This document shows positions 45,314 through 55,244 of a stretch of 64,000 bases of DNA, in pieces. The translations under genes and the position numbers were made by a program. The stretch lies in contig JBDUDP010000001.1 in the NCBI GenBank assembly GCA_040002895.1, positions 134,545-198,544 of the forward strand. The letters are read 5' to 3'. The notes under the pieces are model-generated. The model saw only the letters and a program-made list of their open reading frames with translations, did not search any database and was not told the DNA's origin. The stretch's first letter is position 1. Each line of letters starts with the position of its first letter. The stretch comes from Gemmatimonadota bacterium. Lineage in GTDB: Bacteria; Gemmatimonadota; Gemmatimonadetes; Gemmatimonadales; GWC2-71-9.

Positions 45314-46686
45314 TGCGCGCCGCCGGGGTCACCGTGTTGCTGCTCGCGCTCGCGGCGATCGGCGCCCAGGCGCAGCAGGAGCGGCGTTGCCTGCTGAACG
45401 TGGACCATGTCGGTCGCGAGGGCTTCCAGAGTGAACCGCTACCCGGCAATACCAACCTCTTTGCCGGCGGCGACGTCCGCCTGAGCTGTGTCGGCCAGAA
45501 CGTCCATCTCGGCGGGGACTCGCTCACCTCGATCAACGGTTCGGTGATCATCCTGATCACCAAGGCATTCTTTCGCGACGGGACGGTTTCCCTCACCGGC
45601 GACACCATCACGTACTTCAAGAATGGCGAGCAGATGCAGGCGCGCGGTCATGTGGTGGTGCGGAACCTCGCCACTGGATCCACCCTCACCGGACCGTCGG
45701 TGGATTACCTCCGCGCGGTCAAGGGGATTCGCGACAGTTCCGAGACCATCGCGCTGCAGCGACCGACCCTGCGGTACCTGCCGGCGCGCGGCCCGAAGGA
45801 CTCCGTGTTAGCGAATCCCTATCTGATTGTTGCGGACCGATTGAAGGGCGTGGGAGGTTCGCGGTTGTGGGGTGCGGGGCAGGTGACGGTGGATCGCGAT
45901 TCCCTGCACGGCACCGGTGACTCGCTCGCCTATCTCACGGGCCGCGGCGGCTATGCCACGCTCTACGGGATGCCGGCCACCCTGCGCCGGATCGCCACGG
46001 ATTCGTTTCATGTGCGTGGTGGCCAGGTCCACCTCGGGCTCGACGACGAGACGCTGCGTGATGTCAAGGCGTTCGGGGACGGGCACGTGACCAACGGTGG
46101 CTCCGACATTCGCGGCGACAGCGTCACCCTGGTGTTCACCGAGGAGAAGCTGAGTCATACACTTGCATGGGATCGTCACAAGCCGGCGACGGTGCACAAC
46201 GACGGCTACGACATCCAGGGCGACAGCATCGCGATCGACAGCCCGGGCGAGAAGCTGCGGGAACTGCGCGTCTTCCGTCGCGGCAAGGTGCAGAACCCGC
46301 TCGACACGCTGGCGGTGCGCGAGGCCACCGACACGGCCCACGCGACGCCGCGCGATCGGGATACGCTGTGGGGGGACCGCATCGTGGCCGAGTTCGCACA
46401 GGTCGACTCCGCCGGCAACACCCTCACACGGCTCCGACAGGTCGAGGCGATCGGCTCGGCGCGCTCCCTCTTTTCGCGCAACGTCACCAAAAATGGCCGG
46501 ACCACGCCGTCGGTGAACTACACCCGCGCGGATACCATCGTGGTGGTGATGAAGTCGGGCGATTCCACCGGCGTGGAGATTGTCCGGGCGCGGGGTTCCA
46601 TTGACGGCGTCCAGCTCGAGCGAGCCTCGCTCCAGCAGATGAAGCGGGACTCCACCAAGGCGGCGTTGCCGGGGAAACGGCCATGA
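45310..46686 (+). CDS. Extended LptA/OstA-like beta-jellyroll protein
   Basis: Signal peptide, recurrent GD(S/T/R) strand motifs, position between lptC and lptB. Confidence 0.6.
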   Translation: MMRAAGVTVLLLALAAIGAQAQQERRCLLNVDHVGREGFQSEPLPGNTNLFAGGDVRLSCVGQNVHLGGDSLTSINGSVIILITKAFFRDGTVSLTGDTITYFKNGEQMQARGHVVVRNLATGSTLTGPSVDYLRAVKGIRDSSETIALQRPTLRYLPARGPKDSVLANPYLIVADRLKGVGGSRLWGAGQVTVDRDSLHGTGDSLAYLTGRGGYATLYGMPATLRRIATDSFHVRGGQVHLGLDDETLRDVKAFGDGHVTNGGSDIRGDSVTLVFTEEKLSHTLAWDRHKPATVHNDGYDIQGDSIAIDSPGEKLRELRVFRRGKVQNPLDTLAVREATDTAHATPRDRDTLWGDRIVAEFAQVDSAGNTLTRLRQVEAIGSARSLFSRNVTKNGRTTPSVNYTRADTIVVVMKSGDSTGVEIVRARGSIDGVQLERASLQQMKRDSTKAALPGKRP

Positions 46687-47435
46687 GCATCTTGCGCGCC
46701 GAGGGCCTGACCAAGAGTTACCAGCGCCGGGCGGTGGTGAACGATGTCGGTCTGGCATTGAGCCAAGGGGAGATTGTGGGACTCCTCGGGCCCAATGGTG
46801 CGGGGAAAACGACTACGTTTTACCTCATCACCGGCCTGATCCGCCCAGACGAGGGTCGCATCGTTCTGGACGACGCCGACATCACCTCCCAGCCGATGTA
46901 CAAGCGCGCTCGGCTCGGCATCGGATATCTGGCGCAGGAACCGTCGATCTTCCGGCGGATGACCGTGGAGCAGAACGTGCTCGCCATCCTCGAGACCTTG
47001 CCGCTGAGCAAGGCCGATCGACTGGCCCGACTCGACCGGATGCTCGCGGAGCTTGGCCTCACCGACCTGCGCAAGTCGCCGGCCTACACGCTGAGTGGCG
47101 GGGAACGGCGGCGCCTTGAAATCACCCGGGCCCTTGCCCGCGATCCGCTCTTCATGTTGCTCGACGAACCGTTCGCCGGCGTTGACCCGATTGCCGTGCA
47201 CGACATCCAGACCATTGTCTCCTCCCTGCGCGAGCGGGGACTGGGGGTCCTGATCACTGATCACAACGTGGAGCAGACGCTCGAAATCGTCGATCGTGCC
47301 TACATCATGCACTCCGGATCGGTGCAGGCCGCCGGCACCGTGCCGGAGCTGGTGTGGAACGATCGCGTGGCAGAGCTCTACCTCGGCCCCAACCTCACCG
47401 CCCGGCTGCGCGCGCGGATGGAGCAGCCCGCGTGA
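46683..47435 (+). CDS. lptB: LPS export ABC ATPase
   Basis: GPNGAGKTT, YLAQEPSIFR, LSGGERRRLEI, DEPFAGVDP, TDHNV. Confidence 0.95.
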   Translation: MSILRAEGLTKSYQRRAVVNDVGLALSQGEIVGLLGPNGAGKTTTFYLITGLIRPDEGRIVLDDADITSQPMYKRARLGIGYLAQEPSIFRRMTVEQNVLAILETLPLSKADRLARLDRMLAELGLTDLRKSPAYTLSGGERRRLEITRALARDPLFMLLDEPFAGVDPIAVHDIQTIVSSLRERGLGVLITDHNVEQTLEIVDRAYIMHSGSVQAAGTVPELVWNDRVAELYLGPNLTARLRARMEQPA

Positions 47436-48964
47436 AGACGGGCCTCCATCAGCAACAGGGGCTCCGGCAGGAGCTGCGGATCAATCCCCGCCTGTATCAG
47501 GCGATGGACATGCTCTACATGCCGATGCTCGATCTCCAACAGCACTTGCAGCAGGAGCTGCTGAATAATCCGTTCCTCGAGCTCGAAGAGCCGGAGGAGG
47601 AGGAGACACCCGAGAAGACCACGGAACAGGAGCAGGAGGAGGCGAAGAAGGACGACGAGGTCGACTGGGAGGAGATCCTGCTCAACGGCTTCGACGTCGG
47701 CGGACCCAAGGAACAGTTCGAGGTCATGGATTACATCGAGCCGGTCTCGGTGGAGAGTCGCGACCTCGCGGACCACCTGCGCGACCAGCTCCAGATGCTG
47801 GAGATGACCCCGCGGATGCGGCTGCTCTGTGAGGAGCTGATCGGCAACATCAACGACGACGGCCTGCTCGGCTGCGAGCTGGAGACTGTGCTCGAGTCGG
47901 CCAATCTCTGGCTCCTGTCGAACAACCCGGGTGCCCGTGCTCCCGAGCCGGACGAAGCGGACCCGTTCGACTTCGATGAAGCGGAGGACGACGACGAGGC
48001 GCACACGAACGGTGCCGGTTCGCTGCCCAGTGGCGTGGCGATCTTCACGATGGCCGAACTCGAGGCGGCGCTGGTGATCATCCAGGCACTTGACCCGCCC
48101 GGCGTCGGGGCGCGGGACCTCCGGGAATGCCTGCTCCTGCAGCTCCAGGAGAGCGGTGACAAGGACAGCCTGACCTACAAGCTCGTCGACGAGGCGTTCC
48201 CGGACCTGATTGCCCATCGCTGGAACGATCTGGCCCGGAAGTTCGGCGTCGGGCCGCGCGACGCCCAGGGTGCCGCTGACCTGCTCGCCAAGTGTGATGC
48301 CAAGCCGGGTCTCAAGTACGCCGACCGAGGCGACGCGTACGTCACACCGGACCTTATCGTGGACAAGATCGAGGGACGCTACCAGGTCTTCCTCAACGAC
48401 ACCGGTGTCCCGCGCTTGCGACTGTCCCGGTCGTATCAGGAGATCGCGCGGCAACGCGGCAAGATGACCCAGGAAAATCGCGACTTCATTGCCTCGCGCA
48501 TGAACAGCGCCACCTGGATGATCCAGGCGATTGAGCAGCGCCGGCAAACCATGCTCAAGGTGATGAACTTCATCGTCGACCGCCAGCGCGAGTTCTTCGA
48601 GAAGGGAGTTGAATACCTTCGCCCGCTGACGCTGCGTGAGGTGGCTGAGGTGATCTCGATGCACGAATCCACGGTGAGTCGCGTCACCAACGAGAAGTTC
48701 GTGCAGACGCCTCGCGGCGTGCTGCCGCTGAAGTTCTTCTTCTCGAGTGCACTCTCCACGGCCTCGGGTGAGGATGCTTCGGCCCGCTCCATCCGGGCGA
48801 AGCTCGAGAAGATGGTGGGCGACGAAAACCCGGCCAAGCCGCTCACCGACCAGCAGATCGTGCACCTCTTCGAGGAGCAGGGCATCCAGATCGCGCGACG
48901 CACGGTTGCGAAGTATCGCGACCAACTCGGCATCCTGCCCGCCCGGATGCGGAAGCGGGTATGA
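47432..48964 (+). CDS. rpoN: RNA polymerase sigma-54 factor
   Basis: Gln/Leu-rich region I, PPGVGARDLRECL, HESTVSR, RpoN box ARRTVAKYR. Confidence 0.96.
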   Translation: MKTGLHQQQGLRQELRINPRLYQAMDMLYMPMLDLQQHLQQELLNNPFLELEEPEEEETPEKTTEQEQEEAKKDDEVDWEEILLNGFDVGGPKEQFEVMDYIEPVSVESRDLADHLRDQLQMLEMTPRMRLLCEELIGNINDDGLLGCELETVLESANLWLLSNNPGARAPEPDEADPFDFDEAEDDDEAHTNGAGSLPSGVAIFTMAELEAALVIIQALDPPGVGARDLRECLLLQLQESGDKDSLTYKLVDEAFPDLIAHRWNDLARKFGVGPRDAQGAADLLAKCDAKPGLKYADRGDAYVTPDLIVDKIEGRYQVFLNDTGVPRLRLSRSYQEIARQRGKMTQENRDFIASRMNSATWMIQAIEQRRQTMLKVMNFIVDRQREFFEKGVEYLRPLTLREVAEVISMHESTVSRVTNEKFVQTPRGVLPLKFFFSSALSTASGEDASARSIRAKLEKMVGDENPAKPLTDQQIVHLFEEQGIQIARRTVAKYRDQLGILPARMRKRV

Positions 48965-49896
48965 CCGATCCCGCCGTGCGGGTCTCGGTGCTGGTGCCGG
49001 CCAAGGATGAGGCGGAGAACCTGGCGGAGTTTGTCCGTCAGTGCGCCGCCGCGCTCCCGAGGCTGGGGACCGGCTTCGAGGTCATTGTCGTCGATGACGG
49101 ATCACGCGATGCCTCCGGTGAGGTGCTGTCCCGACTCTGCGACACGCACTCCTTCCTGCGCGTCGTCACGCACCGACGGCAGCGCGGGATTGCCGACGCG
49201 CTGCGCAGCGCCGGCGACGTGGCACAGGGCGACATCCTGGTCTTCTATCCGGCCGACTTACAGTACTTGCCGGAGGACATCCCCGCGCTGGTCGCGCCGA
49301 TCCTGGCCAACACGGCTGACATCGTCACCGGGACCAAGCAGGGGAAGTACGAGAAGGCCTTCGTGTCGAGCGTGTACAACGGCCTCTGTCGCTGGCTGTT
49401 TGGCGTGCGGGTCACTGACCTTAATTCGGTCAAGGCGTACCGTCGTGACGTGATGCTCAATGTGCCGCTGCGTCCCGACTGGCACCGGTTCATGGTGGTG
49501 ATCGCGGCCGCCGACGGCTTTCGGCTCACCTCGGTGCCGGTGCCACTCTATCCGAGGACGGCGGGCACGTCGAAATTCACCTGGACGCGCATTCCGGTCG
49601 GCGTGCTGGACCTGCTCTCGGTCTGGTTCCAACTCCGCTTCGGGCGCAAGCCGATGCTCTTCTTCGGTGTGGCGGGAGCGGTGCTCTTCATCATTGGACT
49701 CGTGGCCGGGCTCGTCGCCCTGGTACTGCGATTCGGATACGGCATCGGTTTCCGACCGCTGCTGAACCTGGTCGAGACCATGGTGATCAGCGGCATCGCC
49801 CTGTTCGGTTTTGGATTCACCGGCGAGCTGGTGGCAGGACTCCGGGAGGAGCAGCGCGAGCTGGCGCGTCGGCTCGAATCGGACCGGCGCGATTGA
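48961..49896 (+). CDS. GT2 glycosyltransferase (ArnC/GtrB-like polyprenyl-phosphate glycosyltransferase) with two C-terminal TMs
   Basis: VLVPAKDE, VVDDGS, ADLQY, RTAGTSK, C-terminal hydrophobic helices. Confidence 0.85.
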   Translation: MTDPAVRVSVLVPAKDEAENLAEFVRQCAAALPRLGTGFEVIVVDDGSRDASGEVLSRLCDTHSFLRVVTHRRQRGIADALRSAGDVAQGDILVFYPADLQYLPEDIPALVAPILANTADIVTGTKQGKYEKAFVSSVYNGLCRWLFGVRVTDLNSVKAYRRDVMLNVPLRPDWHRFMVVIAAADGFRLTSVPVPLYPRTAGTSKFTWTRIPVGVLDLLSVWFQLRFGRKPMLFFGVAGAVLFIIGLVAGLVALVLRFGYGIGFRPLLNLVETMVISGIALFGFGFTGELVAGLREEQRELARRLESDRRD

Positions 49897-49901
49897 TCCC
49901 G

Positions 49902-51062
49902 ATGCGCGTCGTGTTCCTGACCCACAACTATCCGCGACACCCTGGCGACGTGGCCGGGGGATTTCTGCATCCGCTGGCCGTAGCGCTTCACCGACGCGGT
50001 GTGGACGTCCGTGTGGTGGCGCCGAGTGATCGGGGTCGGGGCGGTCGCGACGCACTCGACGGAATTCCGATCAGTCGGGTGCGATACGCCGATGCCCAGG
50101 ATGAGACGCTGGCCTACACCGGTACCATGGCGAGTGCCACTGGTTCCGCGCGCGGGCTCAAGGCGCTCGCGGGATTGATTCGTGCCTTGCGCCGGGGTGC
50201 GCGCGAAGAACTCGACGGCACGGCGAGCGACCAGGGAATCGTGCACGCTCATTGGTGGATGCCGGCGGGCCTGGCCTCTCCGCCGGAATGGCCGCTGGTT
50301 CTGACCTGCCACGGGAGCGACGCGCGCCTGCTCGAGACAGGGTGGCTGGCGCGCATGCTGGCCCGCGGACCACTGCATCGGGCACGAGTCGTCACCACGG
50401 TTTCGCAGGAACTGGCGCATGTGCTCGAGCGGCGGGGCAGGGTGGCGGCCATCGCCGGGGATTCAGTCCAACCGATGGCCGTCACCGACATCGATCGGCC
50501 GTGGAGCCGGGGTGGGGGCGGGATCGTGGTGATCGGCCGATTGGTAGAGCAGAAGCGTGTGCACCTCGCGCTGCGCGCCTATGCGATCGCGCGCCAACGG
50601 GGCCTCACCATGCCGCTGACGATTGCAGGGGACGGGCTCGCCCGCGCCGCGTTGCGGATGCTGGCGGGTGGACTCCAGTTGGGTGACGACGTCCGGTTTC
50701 TGGGTGAGGTGCCACCGTCCGAGGTGCCCGGGTTGCTAGGTGAGGCGGACGTCGCCTTGATGCCGGCCGTGGGCGAGGGCTTCGGCCTCGCCGCGGCAGA
50801 GGCACTGATGCAGGGCGTCCCGGTCGTGGCGTGTCGAGATGGTGGCGGACTCCTCGATGTGGTGCCTGCCTCCGGCGCCGGCCGTGTGGTGGCGCCGACT
50901 CCGGAAGGCATCGCCCAGGGGCTGATGGAATTGTTGGCCGACCCGGGAGCGAAGCCGGCGGCGCAGGAAGCAGGAGCACATTGGCGGGAGCGCCTCTCCC
51001 CCGATTTCGTTGCCGAACGTTGCCTCGGCTGGTACCGGAGGGCTCTGAATGTTCAAGCATAA
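49902..51062 (+). CDS. GT4 glycosyltransferase
   Basis: HAHWW, TCHGSD, GRLVEQK, EGFGLAAAEA. Confidence 0.88.
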   Translation: MRVVFLTHNYPRHPGDVAGGFLHPLAVALHRRGVDVRVVAPSDRGRGGRDALDGIPISRVRYADAQDETLAYTGTMASATGSARGLKALAGLIRALRRGAREELDGTASDQGIVHAHWWMPAGLASPPEWPLVLTCHGSDARLLETGWLARMLARGPLHRARVVTTVSQELAHVLERRGRVAAIAGDSVQPMAVTDIDRPWSRGGGGIVVIGRLVEQKRVHLALRAYAIARQRGLTMPLTIAGDGLARAALRMLAGGLQLGDDVRFLGEVPPSEVPGLLGEADVALMPAVGEGFGLAAAEALMQGVPVVACRDGGGLLDVVPASGAGRVVAPTPEGIAQGLMELLADPGAKPAAQEAGAHWRERLSPDFVAERCLGWYRRALNVQA

Positions 51063-51978
51063 ATGGCGGCTCCTGCAGGGCGCGCTCGGCGCGATCATTC
51101 TCTACTTCTTGATCGTGAAGTTCCGACAGAATTGGGCGGAACTCACGACCCAGAAAGTCCACTGGCACCTGCGCTGGGAATTCATCGCCGCCTCGCTGCT
51201 GGTGACCTGGTGCATGTACGGCTTCCTCATCGTGGGGTGGCGGTCGATTCTGCACGGCTGGCGCCAGTGGCTCCGCATCGTCGACGCGGCGCGCATCTGG
51301 TGCCTCGCCTCGCTCGGGAAGTACATCCCCGGCAAGGTCTGGTCGATCGCCGGCATGGCAGTGATGGCCCAGCGGGAAGGGGTGTCCGGCGCCGCGGCGA
51401 CGGGGTCCGCCATCATCATGCAGCTGGTGTCGATTGCCACCGGCACGATCATCACGTTTGCCCTCATCGGTACGCGATTGCTCGATGAACAGATGCCGGG
51501 TGCCTCCATTGCTGCCATCGTGCTCGCCGCCGTGGCGCTCGTGTGCGTGCTGGCACTGACCTCGCCATCGTTGACGCGGCGCATCGGGTTCGTGGTCGGA
51601 CGCCCCGACGCCGTGCAGCCCGTGGAGCCGGAATCACTCGCCGCCGCGCTGTTCACGAATTTTCTCGCGTGGGCAGGGTACGGCTTGGCGTTGCAGTTGC
51701 TCCTGCTCGGCACACTCGAGGGTGTGACGCTGGACTGGGCAACTGCTACGGGCGCCTTTGCCGCATCCTACCTCGTCGGGTACCTCGCCCTGATCGTGCC
51801 TGGTGGCGTGGGCGTCCGGGAGGGCATCCTGATTCTCCTGCTGCAGGGTAGCATCGGCCTCGCCCCGGCCGCCGCGCTGGCCGTCGCGTCACGGCTCGCG
51901 CTCACCGTCAACGAACTCGGTGCCGCCGTGCCGTTCCTCCTCATCCGGCGCCGAGCGCGCATCGCCGACCATGGGTAG
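51049..51978 (+). CDS. UPF0104 / lysylphosphatidylglycerol-synthase-TM (AglD2/MprF flippase-like) membrane protein
   Basis: LGKYIPGKVW, PGGVGVREG, multi-TM. Confidence 0.75.
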   Translation: MFKHKWRLLQGALGAIILYFLIVKFRQNWAELTTQKVHWHLRWEFIAASLLVTWCMYGFLIVGWRSILHGWRQWLRIVDAARIWCLASLGKYIPGKVWSIAGMAVMAQREGVSGAAATGSAIIMQLVSIATGTIITFALIGTRLLDEQMPGASIAAIVLAAVALVCVLALTSPSLTRRIGFVVGRPDAVQPVEPESLAAALFTNFLAWAGYGLALQLLLLGTLEGVTLDWATATGAFAASYLVGYLALIVPGGVGVREGILILLLQGSIGLAPAAALAVASRLALTVNELGAAVPFLLIRRRARIADHG

Positions 51979-52885
51979 CCTACGATTCCGCCTGCTGCAG
52001 CGACTCCTGGCGCTCGGCATCATTGGCCTCGGCGTCCGCTCGGTCCTGCTGAATCTGGACGACCTCGCGCTCAAGCCGGTGATCTGGCAACTCGATTGGG
52101 TGCCACTGATCGAGGGGATTGCGTGCACGGTGCTCGCCTATGCGATCACCATCTGGACCACCGGGGAGATCATCCAGGGATGGGAGGTCCGTGTCCCCGC
52201 ACTCACGGTGATTCGCCTCTGGGTCCGCTCCAACCTTGCACGCTACTCCTTGCGGCCAAAGCTCGCGGCGCGGTTGATTGCGATCGCCGAGCAGGAAGCG
52301 ATCCCGCAGAAGTATTTCGTGGGAGCGGCGCTGCATCCTCCGCTCATTCGACTGGGGACCGGCTCGGCGGTGGCGATGGTGCTGCTGGGGCTGTTCCGCT
52401 ACGGCAACAGCCGCTTCTACTTCCCGATGCTGCTGATCTCGGCGCTGGCGGTTTTCGTGGCGGTGTTCGGGTTGGCGGGAACCGATCTCCCTCGACGCAT
52501 CGGGCAGGATGTGGGTCGACCGGAGATGATGAAGCCGGCCGACACCGAGGCGCTGGGCGTCGCCGTCGTCACCAATGTCGTGGCCTGGACCATCGGTGGT
52601 CTCGGCCTGACGCTGATCGGGCGGGGTCTGCTGGAGGGATTCCAGGGCGACTGGATGCTGATCACCGGCGCAGCGGCTGCCGCCTCGGTTGCGGGCTACT
52701 TCTTTCTGCTGTTCCCGACCGGGCTCCTGCTCCGGGAGGCGGTGCTCTACGCGCTGCTGAAGCGAGACGTCGGTGTCGGTCCTGCCCTCGCATTGGCCCT
52801 CGCCTATCGCGTGATTGTCACCGTGCTGGAACTGCTCTCATCCACGTTGCTGCTGCTCCGGAGGCCGTCGCGTGACCTCGCCTGA
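51971..52885 (+). CDS. Second, divergent UPF0104/flippase-like membrane protein (paralog of the upstream gene)
   Basis: Collinear motifs SNLARY, GRPE…P.D.EAL, PTGLLLRE mirror SLGKY, GRPD…P.E.ESL, PGGVGVRE. Confidence 0.65.
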   Translation: MGSLRFRLLQRLLALGIIGLGVRSVLLNLDDLALKPVIWQLDWVPLIEGIACTVLAYAITIWTTGEIIQGWEVRVPALTVIRLWVRSNLARYSLRPKLAARLIAIAEQEAIPQKYFVGAALHPPLIRLGTGSAVAMVLLGLFRYGNSRFYFPMLLISALAVFVAVFGLAGTDLPRRIGQDVGRPEMMKPADTEALGVAVVTNVVAWTIGGLGLTLIGRGLLEGFQGDWMLITGAAAAASVAGYFFLLFPTGLLLREAVLYALLKRDVGVGPALALALAYRVIVTVLELLSSTLLLLRRPSRDLA

Positions 52886-55244
52886 CGCTACGCCAGACTA
52901 CACCCCACGGTATCCTGCGTTCGTGGCCTGCCTGCTCTTTGTGCTGGTGGCGCTCACGATTTTCTGGCCGATGTTCACCGGACAGTTTCTCGCCGGGGAC
53001 GACCAGCTCACTGCGGGCTACGCCTTCCGTCACTTCGCGGCGGAGGCGCATCAGGCCACCGGTGTGATTCCCCAGTGGAACCCGTTCATCTTCGGAGGCG
53101 TGCCGTTCAGCGCCGTCGTCGGGCACGGCGACATCTTTTATCCGACCGCATGGTTGCGCTGGTTTGTTCCCACCGATGTCGGGATGACCCTCGGTTTCTT
53201 CTTCCACATAGCCCTCGCCGGCTGCGCGATGTACGCGTTGCTGCGCGGCCTGCGGCTGGGCTGGACCGCAGCGCTGGTCGGCGGCCTGGCCTACGAGCTC
53301 TCGGGCATTGTGGCGTCGCAGATGAGCCCGGGACACGACGGGAAACTGTTCGTCTCCTCGCTGGCGCCGTTCGCATTCCTGGCGTTGTTGCGCGCCATCC
53401 GGGATGGTCGCCGCGCGGGCTACGGCGGCTTCGCGCTGGTGGTGGGTCTGGCGATTCTGTCACCGCAAGTGCAGATGGCCTACTACCTGCTCGTGGCCTG
53501 CGGCCTGTGGACCCTTTGGCTGGCGTTCTTTGATCCGGAGCGGCGGCGCACGACGGCGGGCTGGAAATCGGTGGCCACCGCTGCCGCCGCGGTCGCCCTC
53601 GGGATCGGCATCGCGGCGGTGCAGGTGATTCCGATCCTGACCCACAAGGTGTACACGCCGCGAGGACCGGGCGGGCCGAGTCTGGGATGGGACTACATCA
53701 CGGCCTTCGCCATGCCGGTCGAAGAAGTGATGACGACCATCTTGCCGCAGTTCAACGGCATGCTCGATCATTACTGGGGCCAGAACTTCTTCAAGTCCCA
53801 CACCGAATATCTCGGCGCCTTGGTGATCGTGTTGGCGGTCCTGGGGCTCTCGAGCGCGCGTCGCAAGGGATTGCTCGCGGGGTTCGGGGTCATCGCCGGA
53901 CTCTTCCTGCTCGTGAGCTTCGGTGGCCACACCCCATTCTATCGGTTGTGGGTGCTGATGCCGATGATGAGCAGCGTGCGCGCTGCCGGGATGGCATTCT
54001 TTCTGGTGGCCCTCCCGGTCTGTGTCTGGGCCGGGTTCGGTGTCGAACGACTGGTGCGCGGTGAAGTAACGGCGCGAGCACTGCTGGTACCCCTCGGCGC
54101 CCTCGCCGGGATCGCACTGCTCGGGCTGGTCGGTGTGCTGCAGGCCGTGGCCACCGGGATCGCGCGCCCCGAGACCATGGCGGTGGCGGTCGACAATGCC
54201 GGCGACTTGCGACTTGGCTCGCTGCGATTGCTCTTGGCGGTGGTGCTCGGAGGCGGCGTGATGTTGCTGGTGCAGCGCCGGACGTTGAAGGGGCTCGCCG
54301 CGGCCGCGTTGCTCGCCGTTGTGGTCGCTGGCGACAATTGGAGCATCGTTCATCACTTCGCGAAATGGTATCCGCCCGCGGCGGTGACGTATGCCGACGA
54401 CGAGATCACCACGGCGATGAAGCAGACCCCGCTGCCGTTCCGCGCGCTCGATCCACCGGGCGCCGGGGTCTATCAGAATTCCATGCTCATGGCCTTCCGG
54501 GTGCCGACGTTGCTCGGCTACTTCGGCATGGAGAGCAAGTATTTCGACGAGCTTCTGGGAGGGAAGGGGGCCTGGGTGAACCAGATCAACCCCACCCTCC
54601 TCGACCTCTGGGCCGTGAAATACATTACGCTCGATCGCGAGGTCTCCGAGCTGCCCGGATTCCACAAGGTGCTCGGCCCGGTGTCGTTTCCGCACCTGAT
54701 CGGCAGGCGCAGCGGACCCACGGGCTTGGCAGGGTATCTCTATGAGCGGGATTCGCTGGCCCCGTGGGTACGGGTGGTGCCGGCGGCGGTGAAAGTGCCC
54801 GAGGAGCAGATCGTCCCCACGATCATTGACCCGCGGTTTCCGGCACACAGCTTCGTGCTCTATCCCGACAGCAGCAGCATTGTGGCGGGGAGCGCCTCCC
54901 AGGGCGCACCGGCACCGTCCGGTGTCAGCGCCGCGCTGGCGTCGTGGCGGCCCGGCGAGATGACGGTGAAGCTTTCTGGCAACGACAGCCGTACCACCTA
55001 CCTCGTGGTGGCGGAGAACTGGTACCCCGACTGGAAGGCAACCATCGATGGCAAGGCGGTGGCCACGCATCGCGCCGATTTCGCCCTGCTCAGCGTGGCA
55101 CTGCCACCCGGCGCCCGAGAGGTCATGCTGCGCTACGACTCGACCCTCTATCACCGGATGATGTGGCTCAGCTTCGCTTCCGCCCTGCTCGCGCTCGGGC
55201 TCATCGCGGCGGGTCGCCTCCGATCGGGTTCCCATGACGGGTGA
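52872..55244 (+). CDS. YfhO-like multi-TM protein (probable GT-C glycosyltransferase)
   Basis: GDD after TM1, PQWNPFIFGGVP, FYP, C-terminal ENWYPDWKATIDG. Confidence 0.75.
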   Translation: MTSPDATPDYTPRYPAFVACLLFVLVALTIFWPMFTGQFLAGDDQLTAGYAFRHFAAEAHQATGVIPQWNPFIFGGVPFSAVVGHGDIFYPTAWLRWFVPTDVGMTLGFFFHIALAGCAMYALLRGLRLGWTAALVGGLAYELSGIVASQMSPGHDGKLFVSSLAPFAFLALLRAIRDGRRAGYGGFALVVGLAILSPQVQMAYYLLVACGLWTLWLAFFDPERRRTTAGWKSVATAAAAVALGIGIAAVQVIPILTHKVYTPRGPGGPSLGWDYITAFAMPVEEVMTTILPQFNGMLDHYWGQNFFKSHTEYLGALVIVLAVLGLSSARRKGLLAGFGVIAGLFLLVSFGGHTPFYRLWVLMPMMSSVRAAGMAFFLVALPVCVWAGFGVERLVRGEVTARALLVPLGALAGIALLGLVGVLQAVATGIARPETMAVAVDNAGDLRLGSLRLLLAVVLGGGVMLLVQRRTLKGLAAAALLAVVVAGDNWSIVHHFAKWYPPAAVTYADDEITTAMKQTPLPFRALDPPGAGVYQNSMLMAFRVPTLLGYFGMESKYFDELLGGKGAWVNQINPTLLDLWAVKYITLDREVSELPGFHKVLGPVSFPHLIGRRSGPTGLAGYLYERDSLAPWVRVVPAAVKVPEEQIVPTIIDPRFPAHSFVLYPDSSSIVAGSASQGAPAPSGVSAALASWRPGEMTVKLSGNDSRTTYLVVAENWYPDWKATIDGKAVATHRADFALLSVALPPGAREVMLRYDSTLYHRMMWLSFASALLALGLIAAGRLRSGSHDG

